DNA of 64,000 nucleotides from a virus: IMG/VR virus record IMGVR_UViG_3300044712_000732, positions 317,776 to 381,775 of that record; one strand, 5' to 3'. Shown piece by piece: positions 28,968 to 36,782 of this stretch (position 1 is its first letter; each line of letters starts with the position of its first letter). The notes under the pieces were generated by a model. It saw only the letters and a program-made list of their open reading frames with translations, ran no database searches and was not told where the DNA came from. The position numbers and the translations under genes were made by a program.

Positions 28968-29435
28968 ATGAATACTTCTTTTTCTGATTTTTTAAACGAA
29001 ACTAAAAATACTAAAATAATTTATCATTTTACCGAATCAGTTGATTCACTTAATTCAATATTATATGATGATGCTTTAATAGAAGGATCATATAATCATC
29101 GCTATGGTTTAGGTTATGATAATATATCTTTTACTTGGAATCCCAATTTGTGGGATATTGAATATCTTGGCGATACTAGACCCCGTTGGTCAGTTAGAAT
29201 AGCCCTAGATTATAATAAAATGTCAGAAAAATGGAACTTCAAACCTTTCGACTATGGTATTGATGAAGAAATGGAAGAAATAATCGAATCAGATACTATA
29301 GATAATATTTCAGATTATATTATTGATATTTCAATAAGTTCACAAGAACCAAAAAATCAAATCGAAGACCTAAAAATAGATTATCCAAATATCAAAATTA
29401 AAACTGTCAGACGAAAAAAATTCAAATATGATTAA
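28968..29435 (+). CDS. Hypothetical protein, 155 aa
   Basis: ORF. Confidence 0.5.
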   Translation: MNTSFSDFLNETKNTKIIYHFTESVDSLNSILYDDALIEGSYNHRYGLGYDNISFTWNPNLWDIEYLGDTRPRWSVRIALDYNKMSEKWNFKPFDYGIDEEMEEIIESDTIDNISDYIIDISISSQEPKNQIEDLKIDYPNIKIKTVRRKKFKYD

Positions 29436-29466
29436 CGGTTATTAATTTTTTATCAAATTTTGTTTA

Positions 29467-29781
29467 TTGTTTATTTTATCCTATATTTGTAAAAAGATTA
29501 AAATTATGTCAAAAGAAGATTATGTCAAATTGTTTACTGATGCAATAAAAAAATCAGATATCGCTATCGTATTTGAAATAGATAATACAAGTTCATTTAT
29601 TTATACTACAGGAATATTTTTCCAATTCAAATATCAAATCGACGATAGAATTGATCGAATGGATAATGATGTCGAAACAAATATTCAAAAAATAATCGGG
29701 GACGAATATGGTGTATCTGTTGATAGAACTAATGCTTTCCCAAATGGCTATGCAGCATATACTATAACTATTAATTCATAA
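29467..29781 (+). CDS. Hypothetical protein, 104 aa
   Basis: ORF. Confidence 0.5.
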   Translation: MFILSYICKKIKIMSKEDYVKLFTDAIKKSDIAIVFEIDNTSSFIYTTGIFFQFKYQIDDRIDRMDNDVETNIQKIIGDEYGVSVDRTNAFPNGYAAYTITINS

Positions 29782-29831
29782 GGGGTAACAGAATTACTAA
29801 GAATGAAAAATTATTGGTAAATTAAGTCGTA

Positions 29832-30122
29832 TCATTTAATTTTTGTCAACCTTATGATCGTATCATTTTTAACTTCTAATTGAATACCATTATACGATAT
29901 CAATTCAAGTGAAACTAAACTGTTTTTATTAACTAATAATTCACCATCAAAATTAGAATATGAATTATCGACCTGGTTTCTTACCCCAACCAATATTTCA
30001 TTGGTATCTTTATCTAACAAAGTAATTGAAACTTTCTTGTTTGATGAATTTGAATTATCTTCTTTTCCATTCAAATTTAAATATAACCCACTTACAAAAA
30101 CTAAAATCATTATATACTTCAT
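29832..30122 (-). CDS. Secreted or lipoprotein-like protein, 96 aa
   Basis: N-terminal signal peptide. Confidence 0.45.
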   Translation of the reverse strand: MKYIMILVFVSGLYLNLNGKEDNSNSSNKKVSITLLDKDTNEILVGVRNQVDNSYSNFDGELLVNKNSLVSLELISYNGIQLEVKNDTIIRLTKIK

Positions 30123-30280
30123 ACTGTTTTTATTATTATATATTATATAAATAACAGAAAGTCATCATATTCCGATTAATTTATTATTAATTTTTGATGA
30201 CAAATATTACAATATAAATAAGAAATAATTAATAGACTAAAGTTTTTACAATTAAAGTTGAATAATTAAATATTTTTCCA

Positions 30281-30288
30281 TATATTTG
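30281..30288 (+). promoter_or_regulatory. -7 box TATATTTG (cassette copy)
   Basis: TATATTTGTACCATAATTAAAAACAACAACAAAATG. Confidence 0.5.
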
Positions 30289-30313
30289 TACCATAATTAA
30301 AAACAACAACAAA

Positions 30314-30577
30314 ATGAAACTTTTAGAAAAATTAAAAACAGGAATTTTAGATTTCTTTAATCGTGATTATATGATCGGTTCATTGAAATTGACTATTGTT
30401 ATGAATGCATTATTCATATTAGTTGGTATTGTCTTAGCTATCATTATTTATAAAATTACTTTCTTGGAAACTATCATTGTCTGTGGTCTATTAGCACTAT
30501 TCGCAACTATCTTTAGTGCTATTATAGTATTTATATTTGTCCCATTTCTCATTTGGATCGTAACATCTAATGATTAA
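30314..30577 (+). CDS. Membrane protein, 87 aa
   Basis: Two transmembrane segments. Confidence 0.45.
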   Translation: MKLLEKLKTGILDFFNRDYMIGSLKLTIVMNALFILVGIVLAIIIYKITFLETIIVCGLLALFATIFSAIIVFIFVPFLIWIVTSND

Positions 30578-30597
30578 CATATAAAAGTTTAAACTAA

Positions 30598-30894
30598 ATG
30601 CGAACAACGAAAGAACTTCTTTCATTATTACTAGGTTTTGTTGAAAGTAATCCAAATATAAATTTTGGTTTGTATATTTTTGGTTTGTGTAATTTCTGTA
30701 GAACTATGAGGAATTCTAAATTAATATCTTTTGATGAATTTGAAAATCTTCTTAGTTTTATTCAAAACCATAGACCATCACCTAAAGATGACTTATATGA
30801 ACATGGATTTGGTGATACCGAATTCTATTGGAATCCTTGGAAGATAGAACCACGCATTAATTGGATTAAGTATTGGATTAATAACATTAAATAA
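30598..30894 (+). CDS. Hypothetical protein, 98 aa
   Basis: ORF. Confidence 0.5.
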   Translation: MRTTKELLSLLLGFVESNPNINFGLYIFGLCNFCRTMRNSKLISFDEFENLLSFIQNHRPSPKDDLYEHGFGDTEFYWNPWKIEPRINWIKYWINNIK

Positions 30895-30904
30895 AATTAT
30901 TGAT

Positions 30905-31129
30905 ATGGAACTAACAATGATCGACTTTTTAGCACAAATGATCAATGATCAAAAAGCTAGAGAAAAAGGATATGTCGCAAGCACTAGATGGCTTTGTACT
31001 AGACAAGATATTAAAGACGAATGCCTGAAAGAAGCCAACCAACTTTTCGAAGATTGGAAAAATGACGAACTAAAGGCTAAAGAAAGTAGAGATAATATAA
31101 TGAAGGATATTAAAATTCGTGAATATTAA
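30905..31129 (+). CDS. Hypothetical protein, 74 aa
   Basis: ORF. Confidence 0.45.
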   Translation: MELTMIDFLAQMINDQKAREKGYVASTRWLCTRQDIKDECLKEANQLFEDWKNDELKAKESRDNIMKDIKIREY

Positions 31130-31134
31130 ACCCA

Positions 31135-31485
31135 ATGGATAAAATAAATTTCAATTTTGCATTAGATGTGCAAGATAAAACAACTGACAACGATTTTATT
31201 GAAAGTCTAAAAAGTGTGATGAAAGATTATATTAATCAAATTGATAAAAATAAATCAATTGGTAATATATTGGTATTCACTGACAATAGTGCCTGTAAAT
31301 TTCAAGGTCACAATATTGTGTTAATCGACGACATAAATGCATTAGCTTTGGATTGGTGGAATACTATTTCTATAAGAGATAGATTACCGTTATTTAAAAA
31401 ATACTACCCATCTTCTAGTGCTACATGTTTAATGGATATTACCGAAGATGAAATAAAAGAAATTTGGAAAAATGAAAAATTATAA
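31135..31485 (+). CDS. Hypothetical protein, 116 aa
   Basis: ORF. Confidence 0.5.
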   Translation: MDKINFNFALDVQDKTTDNDFIESLKSVMKDYINQIDKNKSIGNILVFTDNSACKFQGHNIVLIDDINALALDWWNTISIRDRLPLFKKYYPSSSATCLMDITEDEIKEIWKNEKL

Positions 31486-31792
31486 ATTATCAACAGGACT
31501 TTGGACTGTAAACGAAACACTAGAATTTGAAAATGATTCAGAAGCTTGGGAATATCTTAGAAAAAAATTACCAAACAAATATGCTACATTATATCGTAAA
31601 GAAACATTTCTTGTACCATATAATAACGCTGATGTTTATGTCCAAAAATACAACGAAAAATACGGTCCTAAACCAATTGGATATGGTCCGGATTCAGCAA
31701 AATTGCTAAGTGTAGATGATCTTGATGAAACAGAAGTTTGGATTCCAGTTTTACATGGTTTGACAAACGATGAATATAATGTTAAACAATAA
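31472..31792 (+). CDS. Hypothetical protein, 106 aa
   Basis: ORF. Confidence 0.5.
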   Translation: MKNYKLSTGLWTVNETLEFENDSEAWEYLRKKLPNKYATLYRKETFLVPYNNADVYVQKYNEKYGPKPIGYGPDSAKLLSVDDLDETEVWIPVLHGLTNDEYNVKQ

Positions 31793-31794
31793 TT

Positions 31795-31989
31795 ATGGCA
31801 AAAGAATTTAAAGTGGAATGTAACGTATGTGGAACACGTTATTATAATTGGGTCGGATCAACCCCATGTTGTGGATCAATTGCATATTTGGTTGATGATG
31901 ATGATAATAAAACAAATGATATTTGTTTATTTGCATCTATCGGTAATGATGAAATAAACCCAACAATTATCAAACTAGATCAAAAATAA
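31795..31989 (+). CDS. Cys-containing small protein, 64 aa (CNVCG...PCCGS), immediately upstream of a radical SAM gene
   Basis: Zinc-ribbon-like CxxC...CC. Confidence 0.45.
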   Translation: MAKEFKVECNVCGTRYYNWVGSTPCCGSIAYLVDDDDNKTNDICLFASIGNDEINPTIIKLDQK

Positions 31990-32011
31990 ATCAACCTTTA
32001 TTTTTTAAAAC

Positions 32012-32998
32012 ATGAACTTAAAAGAAATAGGATTTTATACTTTGTCAGATGAAAGAGCTTTAAATACTTCTGAAATATCACAAATGAAAAGATGTGAAAT
32101 GATAATTACAGAATATTGCAATTTCAAATGCCCGTACTGTAGAGGGTTAAAAGATGAAATTTATGGTAATAGAAAAATCAAAGAACTTTCATTGGATGAA
32201 ATAAAACACAATATAGACCTGTGGTGCTTAAATATCCCATTGGAAAACATTAGATTTTCTGGTGGTGAACCAACATTACATAAGGATATAATCGAAATTG
32301 TTTCATATGCAAAAAACAAAGGTATCAAACGAATTGCAATATCGACTAACGGATCAAATAAAATCGAATTGTATAAACAATTAATTGATGCAGGTTGTAA
32401 TGACTTTTCTATTTCATTAGATGCTTGTTGCGCTGATGATGGTGATAAAATGGCAGGTAATATTAATGGTTCTTGGAATAAGGTTGTTAAAAATATCGAA
32501 GAAATTTCAAAATTAACATATGTTACCGTTGGTGTTGTATTGAATGAAATGAATATAGATAAAACTATTGATACTATTAAATTTGCAGATTCTTTAAAAG
32601 TGTCAGATATTCGAATTATCAGTTCATCACAATTTAACAAACCAATTCCAAGATTGAATGAAGTTCCAAAAGAAATTAAAGATAAATATCCTATTTTAAA
32701 ATATAGAATAAACCACTTTGCTGAAGGTATAAATGTTCGTGGTTTACAAGAATCAGATTCACATAAATGTGCAATAGTATTAGACGATTCAGTAATTGCT
32801 GGTGATTATATGTATTCGTGTATTATTGCATTACGTGAAGGTGCTAAACCTATTGGTAAAGTTGGTCCTAATATGAGAAAAGAAAGATTTGAATGGTTTA
32901 AAAATCATGATACACATACAGATCAAATATGTAAGAAAAATTGTCTTGATGTATGTCGGGATTATAATAACAAATATGAACAATGTCACAAACAATAA
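32012..32998 (+). CDS. Radical SAM enzyme with a Cys-rich C-terminal auxiliary domain, 328 aa
   Basis: EYCNFKCPYCRG (CxxxCxxC), IRFSGGEPTLH, and C-terminal Cys in HKCAIV...YSCIIAL...CKKNCLDVC. Confidence 0.7.
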   Translation: MNLKEIGFYTLSDERALNTSEISQMKRCEMIITEYCNFKCPYCRGLKDEIYGNRKIKELSLDEIKHNIDLWCLNIPLENIRFSGGEPTLHKDIIEIVSYAKNKGIKRIAISTNGSNKIELYKQLIDAGCNDFSISLDACCADDGDKMAGNINGSWNKVVKNIEEISKLTYVTVGVVLNEMNIDKTIDTIKFADSLKVSDIRIISSSQFNKPIPRLNEVPKEIKDKYPILKYRINHFAEGINVRGLQESDSHKCAIVLDDSVIAGDYMYSCIIALREGAKPIGKVGPNMRKERFEWFKNHDTHTDQICKKNCLDVCRDYNNKYEQCHKQ

Positions 32999-33300
32999 CT
33001 TTTATTGATCATTATAATGAACAATCTTTCGATTGGTTAACTTGGAGAAATGGTTCAATTTTACAAATATTTAAAATACCACATAGAACATATGCTATAA
33101 GCGCAAATAAAGACCTTATTAGAAAATATGCTATCGGTTGGTGTAATGCCACTAATATCCCTTGTAGACCTAAAAATGGCTTTATTGCTGTGATGTTTAA
33201 TACAGGTGAACATTATAATTGGTGGACACATTTAACAATAAACGAATTCGAAATATGTTTTCCAGAATTAAAAAATTATACAAAGAATATAAAGACCTAA
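32983..33300 (+). CDS. Hypothetical protein, 105 aa
   Basis: ORF overlapping its neighbours. Confidence 0.4.
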   Translation: MSQTITFIDHYNEQSFDWLTWRNGSILQIFKIPHRTYAISANKDLIRKYAIGWCNATNIPCRPKNGFIAVMFNTGEHYNWWTHLTINEFEICFPELKNYTKNIKT

Positions 33301-33683
33301 AATATTTAGCTTACCACGATTCATTAACTGGTTTGCTAAATAGAAATTGGTTTTATAAAAATATTAACAATATTAATGTGAAATATATCTATTTTATAGA
33401 TATTAATAATTTACACGAAATAAACAAAAACGGTCATTCATATGGTGATGATTATATCAAAAAAGCAATATCAACTATTAAACACAATGGCATATTAATT
33501 AGATATGCTGGCGATGAATTTATCCTGTTCTCTGACTATGAAAACGAAGTATCAAATAACGAATATTATTGTGTCGGTGTTGCAGAAGTCAATGATAATA
33601 TATCAGATTCAATAAACGAAGCTGATACTAATATGCTAAAATCAAAACTATTGTGGTTCTTATTATTATTTAAAATTGTTTAA
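33255..33683 (+). CDS. Minimal GGDEF-domain protein (diguanylate-cyclase fold, AGDEF variant), about 142 aa from the internal Met
   Basis: AYHDSLTGLLNR opens a GGDEF domain. It is followed by GHSYGDDYIK and RYAGDEFILF. Confidence 0.55.
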   Translation: MFSRIKKLYKEYKDLKYLAYHDSLTGLLNRNWFYKNINNINVKYIYFIDINNLHEINKNGHSYGDDYIKKAISTIKHNGILIRYAGDEFILFSDYENEVSNNEYYCVGVAEVNDNISDSINEADTNMLKSKLLWFLLLFKIV

Positions 33684-33707
33684 ATCACATTTAATAAACA
33701 AAAAAAA

Positions 33708-33740
33708 ATTCCAATTATTTACATAATTGGAATTTTTTTT
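33708..33740 (+). terminator. Rho-independent terminator
   Basis: AATTCCAATTAT...ATAATTGGAATT followed by a T8 run. Confidence 0.6.
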
Positions 33741-33760
33741 AATCGTAACTATTAAGTTTA

Positions 33761-33904
33761 CTACTTCGCTTCTGATAATCGCTTACCCATTTTTACCAAC
33801 AGATTACACTCGGTATTCGTAATACCATTCTTTTCAGCAGTCAAACTAATGTTTAAACCGTCTTTTACATATTCATCATAAAATGAAATCAATACTTTGT
33901 CCAT
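33761..33904 (-). CDS. Small hypothetical protein, 47 aa. Not in the ORF track.
   Basis: Translated by hand and cross-checked. The -7 box CAAAGATA at 33954-33961 lies upstream on the minus strand. Confidence 0.3.
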   Translation of the reverse strand: MDKVLISFYDEYVKDGLNISLTAEKNGITNTECNLLVKMGKRLSEAK

Positions 33905-34112
33905 AGTTGTCAATTTTAATTAATACTTTAAATATTTCTTTTAAAAATCTAGACAAAGATATGAAAATTTTCTGATATACTAAAACATTATTCAATAAAA
34001 TTAAAATATTTTTTGTCTAATAGAAAAATAGAAAAAAAATAACAATAAATTTTTTTTTTTTAAATATCTTTTTTATATTTGTAAAACTTTAAATCAATTA
34101 TAAATAATCAAA

Positions 34113-36494
34113 ATGGAAAATAATTACAACATTGAACCGGAAAAAAATAAAACATTAGATTTATCTAGACCTTATACTGTCGATAAACACAGAAAAAAAA
34201 GTATGGGATTTGAAGTTGCATTTAGAGAATGCTATCGAAATGGTAGTGGATATTCTGCAAACAAATATAAACTCATACAATACCAATGCCCACATTTTAA
34301 AATGCCAACAATTGCAATTGCAACTAATGCAATACCGTTTATGTCATCAAATGATATAGAAACATCATTAGATTTTAATACAACAACATCAGATAAAGGT
34401 ACACAAGGAAGTGGTGCTAAATTGGCAATGTTTACATTAAACAATCGAAAAAATGCAAGATTTGGGATATATAGCAATACAGTAAAGGATGGGGAAAAAA
34501 TTTGGATTTTAAAATATAATGAAAATAGTTATTTTGAAAAAGAAGATGTGACTGATATTTATTTACCACACCTTAAAAAATTATATATTGATAATTTTAA
34601 TGAAACAAAAAATGATGCAATAGAATCAAATTTTAATATAAGTGTTATCTATTTTTATACATATGATATTGATTTTATTCAATCATCGAAAAAGGGGACA
34701 AATACAAATATTTGTACAACATTAAATATGAATTCATTTAGTAATATTACTAATATTAATCCTGATGATAAAATTTATTATTATAATTGGTTTGTTAGTG
34801 ATCTTGATAAAATAAATTATAATAAATTTAAAGCAACATTAAATAGTAAAAAAGTAGATGATTATTTGAACAAGGAATTCAAATTGAAATTCGATAATGT
34901 TGAAGTAGATTGTGAAGAAAGAAAAGCAAAAATAAGCGGAGAAGTTACTGTTAAATATTTTCTTAACATACTAGACAAATCAGATTCACACAAATTAATT
35001 TGTGATAAATATGGAAAAACCGATTCTATTGCAAAAATAGATATGAATTCATTTTATAAAAATACTATATTTTTTTATCAAGATAGACATTTAATTAATG
35101 ATCATTTTAATAGGGGTAATTTAGATTGTATTTATTATTGTGATAATTATCTTAAAGTTAATAATAAATTAGGTATACCATTAGGTCGTCATCCCCAAAT
35201 ATCAGGATCAGAAATTAAAAATGAATTAGATATTATAACCGCACTTAAATCATATTTTGTTAATGATGATTTTTTCAATAATGTTAAATTGGAAAATATC
35301 CAATATAATCCATCCCTTATTTTTAATATAAGAATAGATGAAGTAAAAGACTTTGATGATTTTAATGATATATTTGGACCTATTGATAATTTTTTCTTTT
35401 TTTATTCAAATGAAAAAATTCAAAATATAATTGAAAACATATTTGATTCAATAGGTACAAAAAATTCTAAGGATTTAATAGAATGTGTTGAATACATTAA
35501 AAAATTTCTACCTAAGAAAAATAATGATGAATTAATGCCAATTAGAACAGATGTTATTAAAAATAACCGAAACTTAGAAATTAGATCATGTTCTGAAACA
35601 TTAGAATATGCTAATTTACATCAAATTGATATTCCACAATTTATAGATAGACGCATTAAAATACTACCAGTTAATATTAAAAAACTTCCAATTAAAATAT
35701 ATGATGTTGATAAACAAGAATATTTAAAGAATTTTAATAATACTATTAAATGTAATGGTTGGGGTATAGAAATAGAAAGTGCAAAATTTGATAAAGATAA
35801 AGAACTATTTTATATGGATATTACGGATTATTGTTATATAGAAAACGATGAACCTATATTTATTGAAGCTGAAAAATATATTAAAAATTCAAGTAAATAT
35901 TATCCTAAGTTAGAATACAATTTTTTAGTTAATGATGTCTTGATGAAAACTAATCTTAAAATTGATGTAATTGATAATAATACAGGTACACCAGGTGGTT
36001 CGGGTAGCTATCATCCAGGCACAAAAGAATCAGAAAAAAAAGCAAAAGAAAATTTGAAAAATGATTGTTATTGTGAAGAAGGTCCCCAAATATTTGGTAA
36101 ATGGTCACCTATACTTAACAAATATCTATTTAATACAGATAATATTGAAGTATCTAAAGCGTGTCGAGGTGATCTTAAATATATTGATGATCTTAGTTAT
36201 ATTTATAATCATATCAATAATATATATAAACACTATTATAAAGAAGATAATATGTTTAAAAAATCAAAAGTTTATGCCCCAATTGAAACTTTTTTAAATG
36301 AAGAAAATTATGGGGATTTTAAAGAATGGATGTTGGATAATTTTGTTAAAAATTATTTGACAGATAATAAAATATGGAATAAATTAGTCAATAAACGATT
36401 AATAAATATTATTGATGATCCAAACACCACAACCGATAGTGCAAAAGAACAAATTCAACTTCGAACGGATTGGTCTATTCCAACTGAAGTTTAA
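34113..36494 (+). CDS. Large hypothetical protein, 793 aa
   Basis: Long ORF. No motif recognised. Confidence 0.55.
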   Translation: MENNYNIEPEKNKTLDLSRPYTVDKHRKKSMGFEVAFRECYRNGSGYSANKYKLIQYQCPHFKMPTIAIATNAIPFMSSNDIETSLDFNTTTSDKGTQGSGAKLAMFTLNNRKNARFGIYSNTVKDGEKIWILKYNENSYFEKEDVTDIYLPHLKKLYIDNFNETKNDAIESNFNISVIYFYTYDIDFIQSSKKGTNTNICTTLNMNSFSNITNINPDDKIYYYNWFVSDLDKINYNKFKATLNSKKVDDYLNKEFKLKFDNVEVDCEERKAKISGEVTVKYFLNILDKSDSHKLICDKYGKTDSIAKIDMNSFYKNTIFFYQDRHLINDHFNRGNLDCIYYCDNYLKVNNKLGIPLGRHPQISGSEIKNELDIITALKSYFVNDDFFNNVKLENIQYNPSLIFNIRIDEVKDFDDFNDIFGPIDNFFFFYSNEKIQNIIENIFDSIGTKNSKDLIECVEYIKKFLPKKNNDELMPIRTDVIKNNRNLEIRSCSETLEYANLHQIDIPQFIDRRIKILPVNIKKLPIKIYDVDKQEYLKNFNNTIKCNGWGIEIESAKFDKDKELFYMDITDYCYIENDEPIFIEAEKYIKNSSKYYPKLEYNFLVNDVLMKTNLKIDVIDNNTGTPGGSGSYHPGTKESEKKAKENLKNDCYCEEGPQIFGKWSPILNKYLFNTDNIEVSKACRGDLKYIDDLSYIYNHINNIYKHYYKEDNMFKKSKVYAPIETFLNEENYGDFKEWMLDNFVKNYLTDNKIWNKLVNKRLINIIDDPNTTTDSAKEQIQLRTDWSIPTEV

Positions 36495-36506
36495 AAATTA
36501 AAAAAA

Positions 36507-36536
36507 AAGAAGAAAACATTGTTTTCTTCTTTTTTT
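36507..36536 (+). terminator. Rho-independent terminator
   Basis: AGAAGAAAACATTGTTTTCTTCT followed by a T7 run. Confidence 0.6.
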
Positions 36537-36599
36537 GTCTTATACTAAACAAAAAGCATACGATTAAAGTCGGGTCGTCCGTAAAACCTTAAAATATTT

Positions 36600-36729
36600 A
36601 AAACTTTAGTCCGATGAAAAATAACCATTTTTATAAAATATGCCATACAACGCTTCCTGCTAATTTCTGTACCCACAAAATCTAACTAAATATACATTTT
36701 TATATCACTTTTTTATCGGACTAAAGTTT
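36600..36729. repeat. Perfect 15-bp inverted repeat (AAACTTTAGTCCGAT / ATCGGACTAAAGTTT) flanking about 100 bp
   Basis: The arms are at 36600-36614 and 36715-36729. The interior holds TATGCCATACAACG and GTACCCACA motifs. Confidence 0.5.
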
Positions 36730-36747
36730 TTATTAAATATTTTTTCG

Positions 36748-36755
36748 TATATTTG
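36748..36755 (+). promoter_or_regulatory. -7 box TATATTTG (cassette copy)
   Basis: TTTTTTCGTATATTTGTACAATAATTAAAACAACAACAATACTATG. Confidence 0.55.
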
Positions 36756-36782
36756 TACAATAATTAAAACAACAACAATACT

